Shown here one piece after another: positions 19,361 to 28,147 of a stretch of DNA of 33,709 nt. The notes beneath the pieces are model-generated. The model was not told the origin of the DNA. It ran no database searches and worked only from the letters and a program-made list of their open reading frames with translations. The number at the start of each line of letters is the position of its first letter. Position 1 is the stretch's first letter. A program made the position numbers and the translations under genes. The stretch lies in sequence record DRR723986_30199. One strand, 5' to 3'.

Positions 19361-22183
19361 ATGAAATTCCTCATTTCATGCCTTCTTCTGGCTTTCATCA
19401 CTTTTGCCTCCCATGCCCAATCCAAACTTAATATTCGGGGAGTGGTGAAAGACACCACCGATACACCGCTTGACTACACCTCTGTGCTATTACTTAGTCC
19501 AAAAGACTCGGCACTTGTGGCGTATACCCTGACTAATAAAGACGGAGAGTACCAATTCAAAAGCGTAGATAAACAGCCGCTGCTCATCAAAGCTACTTAT
19601 ATGGGCTACCTTCCTATTCAAAAGGAACTTGTTCTTCCCGAATCAGGGGATCTGGAAGTGGAAGAGATCCACCTGATGCCCATTTTACAGGAACTCTATG
19701 AGGTGGTGGTAAAAGCCGCCAAAGCGCCGTTGATGATGCGGGGAGATACCCTTGAGTACGATGCCAGCAAATTTAAAGTACCACCTGGAGCCACTCTAGA
19801 AGAATTGCTCCGCAAGCTTCCGGGGATAGAGATTGACAAGGATGGGAATATAGTTGCCCAAGGGCAACAAGTGCAAAAGGTAACAATAGATGGAAGGCGT
19901 TTTTTTGGAGGAAATACCAAAATGGCAACACAAAATTTGAATGCAGAGTCAATAAGCAAGCTTCAACTATTTGATGACAAGTCAGAGCAGGCCAAACTCA
20001 CAGGTGTGGAGGATGGAGTGAAGGAAAAAACCCTAAATGTTGAGTTGAAGGAGGAGGCTAAAAAGGGAGGTTTTGGCAAGCTTTCAGCTGCAGGGGGAAC
20101 AGATGGAAGATGGAGCTCAAATGCTTCTTTTAATAAATTTGATAAAGTAAACCAATTTTCAATTATTGGCTATGGCAATAATGTCAACCAATCAGGTCTG
20201 AGTTGGGACGACCTGCAGGAGTTTAGGGGGAGCAGTGCTTTCCAATTTGGAGACACTGGGGACTTTGGGTTTAATGGAAGCGGTGGGATTAATATTATTT
20301 CAATTTCAGGCGGGGACAATGGGGAATCCTTTGAAATCCCCTTCAACAACCTCAACTCAGGCTACTCCAACAACCAAGCTATTGGTATCAATTATAACTA
20401 CCTCAAGGATAAGAAGGATTTCAGTAGCAACTACTTCTACAGCCGCAGTGACCAAACAATAGAGGGCTTCAACAGTAGGACAAACTTCCTACAGGACAAT
20501 ACATCCTTCACTTCCACTGATCAAAGCTTACAAAATAACATGGCAGGGCACCATCGGGTAAACCTTCGTTTTCAAAATGAATTGGACAGCGCCAACACCA
20601 TTACTATTAACGCAAAGGGAAGGCTAAGTTCACTCACTACATCATTGTTCAGCCACCAGGAGCTAATACGCAGCAGCACAGAGCAAAGCCAAATGGATCG
20701 GGACAACCAATCGGATAGATGGTCAGGAGCCTTTCAGGGAACAGCAATATATAGGCATAAATTCAAAAAGAGCGGACGAAACTTTGCTGCAAGCATAAGT
20801 GATACTTGGAGCAAGGGAGACCAGGAAGGCACCCAAAAATCCGTTGTAGATTTGATGAACTCAACAGATCCAAATACCTATTTCCGAAACTTGGATCAAT
20901 TAAACCAGTCACTGAATAGTTCTAACCTGATCAAATCAAGCTTACTCTTTGTTGAGCCCATCAAAAAAGTATTTTTCTGGGAAACATTCTACAATTTTAG
21001 CCAGTCAACGAGTGAAACAAACCGACAAGTATACGATGTGGAATCAAGTGATACCCAAGAACTAAATCCAGACCTAAGTCGATTTTTTGACAACACAATT
21101 ACTTACAATAGGTTAGGTTCCAGCATCCGATATGCTAACAAAGGCTCTAACTTAAGCGTGGGTTTAGCCGCTTCCAACTACCGATTGAATGGACAGTTTT
21201 CAGTGGTAGAAGATAGTGAGATATTAGGCCGGGTGGATAAGAATTACCTCAATCTCACCCCTAATGCGACTTACTGGAAAACAATGAAAGGCAATAAGCG
21301 GATCAACGCAAGCTATAACATGGCCGTCACTCCCCCAAATATTGCGGACCTGCAACCATACAAGGATATATCAAATCCATTGTATATACGTGAAGGAAAT
21401 CCTGATCTGGAGCCCCAGGTATCCCATTCTTTCAATACAGGATATAGTATGTATGATCCTGCCACCTTTATAAGTTTGCAGTTTTCATTCAATTCAACAT
21501 TCTACCAGAATCAAGTTGTTCAAAATCAGACCATAGACCCCGAAACCTTTGTCACTACCTACAAAGCAGGAAATGTTTCAGGTGGACAGCGTTATTACCC
21601 CTATCTAAGTTTTGGTTTTCCTATTGTAAAAACCAAGGCTACCGCATTCTTATCGGCAAATCCTTCTTATTCTAAAAGTCTTTCGCTCATCAACTCCATT
21701 GAGACAGAGACCGAAACGTATAGCCATAACTTTGGGCTAAACTTAAACCTAACCCCTTTGGAATGGTTCAGCCTTTATACCGGATCATCCTTCCGCCTGA
21801 GCAAAACCAAATATGAACAAAACCCTTCCCAAAACCAGGATATAATAAATTGGAGTGCTTATAGTAATATGAACATAAAACTCCCCAAAGATTTTTACTT
21901 GGATGTGAAGTTTAACTACAGCCGATATGAAAACGAAAGCTTTGGATTTGATCAGAAAGTACCTATCCTCAACGCATTCGTATATAAACTACTTGGCAAG
22001 GCTAAAAAATGGGAAGTCAGACTATCCGCTTATGACATCTTCAAGCAAAATCAAACCATCAGCCAGTATGCAGGCCAAAACTACGTGTCCACTGGAAGGA
22101 TTGAAACACTATCAAGATATTTCCTGCTAGGAGTGACCTACAATATGCGGGGTGTAGAGGTGAAAAAAAACAGACAATTTTAA
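19361..22183 (+). CDS. Outer-membrane beta-barrel protein (TonB-dependent receptor-like, GLPGLI-associated type)
   Basis: Signal peptide MKFLISCLLLAFITFASHA-Q from ATG 19361 (the ORF track starts at 19307); GDTLEYDA, LEELLRKLPGIE, IDGRRFFG, GNPDLEP, RYFLLGVTYN. Confidence 0.88.
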   Translation: MKFLISCLLLAFITFASHAQSKLNIRGVVKDTTDTPLDYTSVLLLSPKDSALVAYTLTNKDGEYQFKSVDKQPLLIKATYMGYLPIQKELVLPESGDLEVEEIHLMPILQELYEVVVKAAKAPLMMRGDTLEYDASKFKVPPGATLEELLRKLPGIEIDKDGNIVAQGQQVQKVTIDGRRFFGGNTKMATQNLNAESISKLQLFDDKSEQAKLTGVEDGVKEKTLNVELKEEAKKGGFGKLSAAGGTDGRWSSNASFNKFDKVNQFSIIGYGNNVNQSGLSWDDLQEFRGSSAFQFGDTGDFGFNGSGGINIISISGGDNGESFEIPFNNLNSGYSNNQAIGINYNYLKDKKDFSSNYFYSRSDQTIEGFNSRTNFLQDNTSFTSTDQSLQNNMAGHHRVNLRFQNELDSANTITINAKGRLSSLTTSLFSHQELIRSSTEQSQMDRDNQSDRWSGAFQGTAIYRHKFKKSGRNFAASISDTWSKGDQEGTQKSVVDLMNSTDPNTYFRNLDQLNQSLNSSNLIKSSLLFVEPIKKVFFWETFYNFSQSTSETNRQVYDVESSDTQELNPDLSRFFDNTITYNRLGSSIRYANKGSNLSVGLAASNYRLNGQFSVVEDSEILGRVDKNYLNLTPNATYWKTMKGNKRINASYNMAVTPPNIADLQPYKDISNPLYIREGNPDLEPQVSHSFNTGYSMYDPATFISLQFSFNSTFYQNQVVQNQTIDPETFVTTYKAGNVSGGQRYYPYLSFGFPIVKTKATAFLSANPSYSKSLSLINSIETETETYSHNFGLNLNLTPLEWFSLYTGSSFRLSKTKYEQNPSQNQDIINWSAYSNMNIKLPKDFYLDVKFNYSRYENESFGFDQKVPILNAFVYKLLGKAKKWEVRLSAYDIFKQNQTISQYAGQNYVSTGRIETLSRYFLLGVTYNMRGVEVKKNRQF

Positions 22184-22319
22184 AAAGCAGCTAACCAACC
22201 TTAACAACAATGAAATGCCCATGTCGAACGGTCGACACACAGGTGCACGATTATCAAAGGGTATTCCATAGCCTGCCCTGACTATTCGGGATGAGCGCTC
22301 AAAATCAAAATATAAACAC

Positions 22320-23063
22320 ATGAAAATAAAATATCTAAGAACCATTCTGCTAATACTGATTTCCACAGGATTAAGAGCACAAAATATTGTTGGTGAAGTA
22401 GAATACCGATACCGGATTTTCTATGATAAAATCTATTCCAACCTGCCCCACATCACCCAACAGGAAAAGGACCGAATTCTACTAACCTGGAGTAACCCTG
22501 ATGGGTACAGCACCAGGATGAAACTCCAGTTTTGGCCAGAAAAAAGCATCTATACTTACGGTGAACCCTATGAAGTAAGCAGCTATTCTTGGCAAGTGGA
22601 AGACTATTTTATTGAAAATAATCTAACAGAACAGACCTCTCTGAAATACATGGATCAAATGGGCAAAACTTACTTAGTTCGTGATAGCCTAAATGCTCCA
22701 AAATGGAGGGTAATGAATGAGATTCGGGATATTCTTGGACACATGTGTATGAAGGCTGTGGCTGAAGACAGCATTAAAGGACAAAAGATCACTGCTTGGT
22801 TCGCTTCCGACATACCTGTTCCAGTCGGTCCTGAGGAACAATTCGGACTTCCGGGTTTGATTTTGGCCTATGACATTAACGACGGCATGCTTATCGTGGA
22901 GGCAGAGAAAATCAATTTTGGGGAACCGGAAGAAATTATCAGCCTGCCCAAAAAAATGAAAGGGAAAGAGTTATCGGGAGCCGAATATCAGGATCTAGTC
23001 AGAGAGTTTATCCAGACTTCTATCAAAAGAAACCAAGCATGGATGTGGAGTGTAAGGTATTGA
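22320..23063 (+). CDS. GLPGLI family exported protein
   Basis: Signal peptide; ILGHMCMKA, AWFASDIPVPVGPEEQFGLPGLIL signature. Confidence 0.95.
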   Translation: MKIKYLRTILLILISTGLRAQNIVGEVEYRYRIFYDKIYSNLPHITQQEKDRILLTWSNPDGYSTRMKLQFWPEKSIYTYGEPYEVSSYSWQVEDYFIENNLTEQTSLKYMDQMGKTYLVRDSLNAPKWRVMNEIRDILGHMCMKAVAEDSIKGQKITAWFASDIPVPVGPEEQFGLPGLILAYDINDGMLIVEAEKINFGEPEEIISLPKKMKGKELSGAEYQDLVREFIQTSIKRNQAWMWSVRY

Positions 23064-23138
23064 GAAGGCATGGTAAAGAGCAATGGGAGGAGTCAAGAAG
23101 AAGGAGGATTGTCTGAAAGTTCCATAATTTCCAATTCC

Positions 23139-23186
23139 TCATAATCGCTTGATGTGAAATAATTACCTCATACTAAGCGATTATGA
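23139..23186. repeat. 12-bp inverted repeat between convergent GLPGLI and fur genes; possible bidirectional terminator
   Basis: TCATAATCGCTT (23139-23150) and AAGCGATTATGA (23175-23186). Confidence 0.55.
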
Positions 23187-23348
23187 AGCTTATCATTAAT
23201 ATAAATCACTCTTTTTAGTTAAAAAAAAACTACCCCTACAGCGCAACTAGGTATTTTACTGTCACTTTGCACATGCAAACCGGACCTTATTGATACTAAT
23301 ACCAACCCCAATTTTTTAAAGTAAAACAGAACATTGATAAAGAACCAA

Positions 23349-23723
23349 TTAATTACAATCCTTACAAACGCCGATCAGAACACAATTCATACGTTGGACA
23401 TTGTATTTTTCCGGAGCTGAAAATTCAACTATAGAGGGCATACATTCTATAGTTTCACATTTTATGCATCGAAAATGGAAATGGTTATCGGGTATGGTAT
23501 TCTCATCGCATTTGACACACATGGCGAAATACTGTTTTCCATCGTCTGCTACAATTCTATGCACTATCTCATCATCACAAAATCGGTTTAAGATTCGGTA
23601 AACGGTTGCTCTGTCAATATCGACCGCCAATTTTTTAACAATTGCGTCTTGACTCATAGCCTTTTTTGATTCACTTAAAACAGTTAGGACGGCCTCTTTT
23701 GCTAGCGTATTTCTTCTTTTCAT
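23349..23723 (-). CDS. Fur family transcriptional regulator
   Basis: IDRATVYRILNRF winged-helix motif, NHFHFRCIKC and C-terminal GVCKDC Zn-binding motifs. Confidence 0.92.
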   Translation of the reverse strand: MKRRNTLAKEAVLTVLSESKKAMSQDAIVKKLAVDIDRATVYRILNRFCDDEIVHRIVADDGKQYFAMCVKCDENTIPDNHFHFRCIKCETIECMPSIVEFSAPEKYNVQRMNCVLIGVCKDCN

Positions 23724-23730
23724 TACTCCG

Positions 23731-23762
23731 CAAATGTGGTGAAAATAATTTAATGCGACAAA
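23731..23762 (-). promoter_or_regulatory. Bacteroidota housekeeping-type promoter of fur
   Basis: Minus strand TTTG (23762-23759), 20-nt spacer, CACATTTG (23738-23731, one mismatch to TAnnTTTG). Confidence 0.6.
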
Positions 23763-23796
23763 TTCGCATTAATTTAATGCGACCTTGTCGCATTAA
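23750..23796. promoter_or_regulatory. Tandem palindromic operators, probably bound by the adjacent Fur-family protein
   Basis: TTAATGCGA-CAAAT-TCGCATTAA (23750-23772) and TTAATGCGAC-CTT-GTCGCATTAA (23774-23796) in the divergent intergenic region. Confidence 0.85.
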
Positions 23797-23809
23797 TGAA
23801 ATCTAATTC

Positions 23810-23817
23810 TATCTTTG
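23810..23817 (+). promoter_or_regulatory. -7 promoter element of the small protein/MFS operon
   Basis: TATCTTTG matches TAnnTTTG, 19 nt before ATG 23837. Confidence 0.7.
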
Positions 23818-23836
23818 CCAAAAGATTTAAGGCCGA

Positions 23837-24106
23837 ATGACAAAAACATTGAATCAAAAGAAGATTGAGGTTTATATAACCGATGTCGATAGCAACTTAC
23901 AGGTAGGACTCCTGCAAAAGCAGCTTGAAAAGAGATTTCCTACCCTTGAAATCAGGTTTGATTTAAATGAAACGGACCTGCTTTATCCCTGTGGGCATAC
24001 CATACTGCGAGTATCTGGGAACAAAATAAATGGTGATAAAATCATTTCAATGCTTATCCAAGCTGGATTTAAGTGTGATGTATTGGAAGATAAAGTGTGT
24101 AAATAA
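23837..24106 (+). CDS. Small conserved-looking hypothetical protein, possibly ferredoxin/HMA-like fold
   Basis: 89 aa; IEVYITDV...FP...FDL...CGHTILRV...GFKCDVLED pattern recalls a small Bacteroidota family; has its own promoter. Confidence 0.7.
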   Translation: MTKTLNQKKIEVYITDVDSNLQVGLLQKQLEKRFPTLEIRFDLNETDLLYPCGHTILRVSGNKINGDKIISMLIQAGFKCDVLEDKVCK

Positions 24107-24130
24107 TTAGCAGATAATCAGAGACAAGAA

Positions 24131-25696
24131 ATGAATACAATAATTTTAAAAGAAAATGAGCAACAAGTTGCTAGTCAGCATAAGCATCCGCATCTAAAAC
24201 ATATTCTAATTGCGGTATGTATAGCGCTTGTGGCAGTTATTGCGTCGGTGAGCGGATTAAATGTAGCTCAACCCATGCTGGCTCTTGAGTTTAATGCGTC
24301 CCAAAATTCGGTGCTATGGATGATAAATATCTATACCCTTACGCTGGCAGCATTGCTGCTCCCTTTGGGTGCGATAGGCGACCGACTCGGGAGAAAAACA
24401 ATGTTAGTGACGGGACTCGTACTTTTTGGAGTATCAAGTGTACTTTCGGGTATAGCAACTAGTGCAACAATAATGATATTTGCCCACTTTCTGACAGGAA
24501 TTGGAGCAGCCATGACAATGCCGGTTACCCTTGCCGTTATTACCTCCACATTCCCTTCCGAAAAACGCTCAAAAGCAATTGGCATCTGGACAGCTGTTGC
24601 AGGAGGTGGTGGTATTTTAGGTATGTACCTTTCTGCCTTGCTTGTAGATATTGCAACTTGGCGATGGTTATTCATTTTACCGGTAATTCTTGCGGCAATT
24701 TCCATTGTGATGACCATACGTTTTGTCCCTAATTCTGTAGAAAAGGTGGTGCACAAATTTGACATATTAGGTTCTATCCTTTCAGTTATGGCAGCCGTTG
24801 GAATCATCTACGCATTACACGAACTACCATCCCAAGGATTTCGTACACCTTCTGTTTTGATTAGTCTGGCGACTGGGATTACTGGGGTTATTGGATTTAT
24901 TATTTGGGAATTGCAACAGCAAGTTCCTCTTTTGGATATACGATTATTCCGTGAAAGGGGCCTCTCAAGTGGTTCGATAACTTTGTTAATTGTATTTGGC
25001 GTACAGGCAGGGATATTCATTGTCCTGTTCCCATTCTTTCAAGGGGTTTTAGGTTGGTCAGGATTGCGTTCTACTTTGGCGATGATGCCAATGGCCGTTT
25101 TAATGATGATCAGTTCAGGACTTGCCCCAAAATTTGTATCTATAATCGGAAGTAAAATTACAATGGCAACCGGTATTGGATTGGGTGCTTTAGGAGCAAT
25201 TTTGATGGCTGTTTTAGTTTCTGTTGAAACGGGCTATTTATCTATACTTCCAGGTTTAATTGTGATGGGGGTAGGAATGGGGTTTTCAATGACACCATCT
25301 ACAGAAGCAATCACATCTTCTCTACCTGATGACCGTCAAGGAGTGGCTTCCGCACTAAATGATATTACAAGAGAATTAGGTACGGCTTTAGGTATTGCAC
25401 TTTTGGGTCCTTTGGTAACATCTGGTTACAAATCGGCAATAGGCGAAAAGCTAAATGGATTCTCTGAAATAATAATTACAAAGGCAAAGGAAGGGTTAGT
25501 CCATGCGCAGATAATTGCACCAAGTACCGGAGACCAAAAGGAACTATTAGTAACTATTGCAAAAGAGTCATTTATTTCTGGTTGGCAACAAGCCATGGGA
25601 GTGGGTTCCGGTGTTATGGTTGTGCTTTTTATTTACATCCTCTTAAGAGGAACAAAAAATGAACAGGTAATCCAAGGAAATAATGATTCAAACTGA
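24131..25696 (+). CDS. MFS transporter, DHA2 (EmrB/QacA-like, 14-TM)
   Basis: 521 aa hydrophobic; motif A GAIGDRLGRK, WRWLF, PLLDIRLF, GVASALNDITRELGTALGIA. Confidence 0.92.
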   Translation: MNTIILKENEQQVASQHKHPHLKHILIAVCIALVAVIASVSGLNVAQPMLALEFNASQNSVLWMINIYTLTLAALLLPLGAIGDRLGRKTMLVTGLVLFGVSSVLSGIATSATIMIFAHFLTGIGAAMTMPVTLAVITSTFPSEKRSKAIGIWTAVAGGGGILGMYLSALLVDIATWRWLFILPVILAAISIVMTIRFVPNSVEKVVHKFDILGSILSVMAAVGIIYALHELPSQGFRTPSVLISLATGITGVIGFIIWELQQQVPLLDIRLFRERGLSSGSITLLIVFGVQAGIFIVLFPFFQGVLGWSGLRSTLAMMPMAVLMMISSGLAPKFVSIIGSKITMATGIGLGALGAILMAVLVSVETGYLSILPGLIVMGVGMGFSMTPSTEAITSSLPDDRQGVASALNDITRELGTALGIALLGPLVTSGYKSAIGEKLNGFSEIIITKAKEGLVHAQIIAPSTGDQKELLVTIAKESFISGWQQAMGVGSGVMVVLFIYILLRGTKNEQVIQGNNDSN

Positions 25697-25821
25697 CTTA
25701 TATAACCAACTGAAAAAGAAGTTTTCAAAATTGATTTGGGGGCACTTATTCATCCTGTATTATATCCACACTTGGCCGGTGTAAACATGTTAGCTTACCA
25801 GTTAGGATAAAGAAAAAAAGT

Positions 25822-26436
25822 ATGACAGAGTTTTGGGAAAAAGCATTTAAAGACAGACAAGAAATGTGGGGTAAGGAACCTGCATATTCAGCTATTTTGA
25901 CAAAAGACCTATTTGTAGAAAAAGGCATCAAAAATGTACTCATTCCCGGAATAGGTTACGGGAGAAATGGGCAAATTTTCGCAGCGAATGGTATGAACGT
26001 TACAGGGATAGAAATTTCAAAAACCGCAATAGCCTTAGCCAGAAAACTTTATGGTTCAGATTTAAGTATTTATCATGGTTCTGTCGCTGACATGCCTTTT
26101 GATGATTATAAGTATGACGGGATTTTTTGCTATGCTTTAATTCACTTGATGGACAGTGGTGAAAGGGCCAAGTTTATTTCTGATTGTTATCGCCAGCTTG
26201 ACGAAAACGGGTTTATGATTTTCACAACGATTGCAAAAAAAGCACTAACCTATGGACAGGGAATCCAGATTGGTAGAGACCGGTTTGAAATGTTTGGCGG
26301 TGTGAAAATTTTCTTTTACGATAGGGAGAGTATTAAGGAGGAGTTTGGAAAATATGGGTTGTTTGAAATTCTTGAGATAGAAGAAAATTATCCATTCTAT
26401 CTCATCAAGTGCAAAAAAAATACAGTAAAAATTTGA
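25822..26436 (+). CDS. Class I SAM-dependent methyltransferase
   Basis: VLIPGIGYGRN (motif I), VTGIEIS, GSVADMPF, YDGIFCYALIHL. Confidence 0.9.
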   Translation: MTEFWEKAFKDRQEMWGKEPAYSAILTKDLFVEKGIKNVLIPGIGYGRNGQIFAANGMNVTGIEISKTAIALARKLYGSDLSIYHGSVADMPFDDYKYDGIFCYALIHLMDSGERAKFISDCYRQLDENGFMIFTTIAKKALTYGQGIQIGRDRFEMFGGVKIFFYDRESIKEEFGKYGLFEILEIEENYPFYLIKCKKNTVKI

Positions 26437-26451
26437 GGCAGAACAGTTCGT

Positions 26452-26471
26452 AATTTACCAAATGGTAAATT
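26452..26471. promoter_or_regulatory. Palindromic site upstream of the Crp/Fnr gene
   Basis: AATTTACCA-AA-TGGTAAATT; near-identical to the site at 27079-27094. Confidence 0.75.
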
Positions 26472-26502
26472 TTGGGAACCAGGCTCTATTAATTTTGCGG
26501 CT

Positions 26503-27069
26503 ATGGAGGAATTGATTGATTACATCTTGCAGTTTGGCAATCTGAATAAGCAACAAACTGAGCTTATTGCGAGCAAAGCAAAAGATTTGGAACTCCGCAA
26601 AGACGGGTATTTTTCGGAGGCTGGTAAAATACCGAGACAAGTCGGTTTTGTTTTAAAGGGCGTTGTCCGTGGCTACTATTATAATAACAAAGGAGAAGAA
26701 ATTACACGATGCTTTATTTCAGAAAATAATTTAGCGGTAGATTATGTAAACTTTGAAGCAAATACGGCATCTGCAGAATACATACAAGCCAGCACCGATT
26801 GCAAGCTTATGGTATTTTCAAAGCAGGATTGGGAGGAACTTTCGCATACCATTGTAGGCTGGGACACCATTAAAACTAAAATGGTGCAAAAGTGCCTGTA
26901 TCAGAAATCAAGAAAGAGCCCGGTGATTTCCCAGGATGCGACTACCCGCTATATGGAATTTTTGGAAAACTATCCCGCACTTACCAACCGAGTTGCGCTT
27001 TCACATATAGCTTCATACTTAGGTGTCACCCAACAGTCACTGAGCAGAATAAGAAAAAATATGAGGTGA
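26503..27069 (+). CDS. Crp/Fnr family transcriptional regulator
   Basis: cNMP-binding-like GFVLKGVVRGYY; C-terminal HTH IASYLGVTQQSLSRIRK; TAATTTTG at 26490-26497. Confidence 0.93.
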   Translation: MEELIDYILQFGNLNKQQTELIASKAKDLELRKDGYFSEAGKIPRQVGFVLKGVVRGYYYNNKGEEITRCFISENNLAVDYVNFEANTASAEYIQASTDCKLMVFSKQDWEELSHTIVGWDTIKTKMVQKCLYQKSRKSPVISQDATTRYMEFLENYPALTNRVALSHIASYLGVTQQSLSRIRKNMR

Positions 27070-27078
27070 TTTTTGCTT

Positions 27079-27094
27079 TTTACCATATGGTAAA
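27079..27094. promoter_or_regulatory. Perfect 16-bp palindrome, probable Crp/Fnr-family binding site for the SDR gene
   Basis: TTTACCATATGGTAAA, between the regulator stop and the SDR start. Confidence 0.8.
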
Positions 27095-27149
27095 TGACTT
27101 CATTTTTTGTAGTGAAACCTTTACACTATAAAATTAAAATCAAAAAAAT

Positions 27150-27887
27150 ATGAAGACAGCATTTATCACAGGTGCCAACAAAGGCATTGGTTTTGAAACC
27201 GCAAGACAATTATTGGACAAAGGGTTTTACGTTTATCTGGGTAGTCGAAATCTGGAAAATGGTGACAAAGCCATTCAAAAACTAAGAGCCGAAAACTTAA
27301 CGAATGTTGAAGTAATTAGGATTGATGTAACTGATCTTAAATCGGTTCAGAATGCCCGAATTGAAGTCGGTAAGAAAACGGATTCATTAGACGTTTTGAT
27401 CAATAATGCAGGAATCAATGGCGGTGCACCCTATAACGCATTAGAAGCAAGCAGAGAGCAGTTTTTAGCTGCGTTTAATACAAATGTTTTTGGCGTGGCA
27501 AGTGTTACGCAAGCCTTTATTGATTTATTGCACCAATCACCAGAGCCTAGAATTGTCAATGTAAGCACGAGCGTTGGCTCCCTCACTCTACAAAGTGATC
27601 CCAATTGGATGGGATATAACTTCGCTAAATATGCAGTCTATGGTGCGTCAAAAGCAGCTTTAAATATGTTTACCGTTCATTTGGCTTATGAGCTTAAAGA
27701 TACCTCGTTTAAAGTAAACGCAGTATGTCCGGGTTATACTAAAACAGAATTTACAGGCTACCTGGGAGGGGAAGTTAAGGAAGCGGGTAAACGCATTGTA
27801 AAATACGCTTTATTGGACAAAGATGGCGTTTCAGGTAAATTTATAAGTGAAGAGACTAATCCTGAAACAGGGGAAATTCCTTGGTAA
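27150..27887 (+). CDS. Short-chain dehydrogenase/reductase (carbonyl reductase-like)
   Basis: TGANKGIG, LINNAG, IVNVS, catalytic YGASK, VNAVCPG. Confidence 0.95.
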   Translation: MKTAFITGANKGIGFETARQLLDKGFYVYLGSRNLENGDKAIQKLRAENLTNVEVIRIDVTDLKSVQNARIEVGKKTDSLDVLINNAGINGGAPYNALEASREQFLAAFNTNVFGVASVTQAFIDLLHQSPEPRIVNVSTSVGSLTLQSDPNWMGYNFAKYAVYGASKAALNMFTVHLAYELKDTSFKVNAVCPGYTKTEFTGYLGGEVKEAGKRIVKYALLDKDGVSGKFISEETNPETGEIPW

Positions 27888-28101
27888 CAAAATTCCAATT
27901 TACAGGGCAAACACATTTGCGGACCGGCATTACCATTGCAAACCAGGTTGCCCTTTTCTCAACAAGGGATTAATTCACTTGCATTTAGACTGTATCTTCC
28001 TTAAGAATCTGAGCTTTGCATTTTACTTCCGGATTCACAAAGCATCATTTCATCCCTTAGGAACGACTAATTGTAAATTCAAGCTTTCTTTCTAAAATAT
28101 A

Positions 28102-28143
28102 TTACCGAACGTTTGGTAAAAAAATTTAAGGCTTATACATTTG
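28102..28143 (+). promoter_or_regulatory. TetR operator overlapping the tetR promoter
   Basis: TTACCGAACGTTTGGTAA (28102-28119) contains -33 TTTG (28112-28115); 20-nt spacer; -7 TACATTTG (28136-28143). Confidence 0.85.
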
Positions 28144-28147
28144 CCTT

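Noticed and set aside
24331-25020. Antisense ORFs of 158 and 70 aa
   Set aside because: Shadows of the MFS gene
27847-28095. 82-aa ORF after the SDR
   Set aside because: Overlaps the SDR end, unusual composition, no motif
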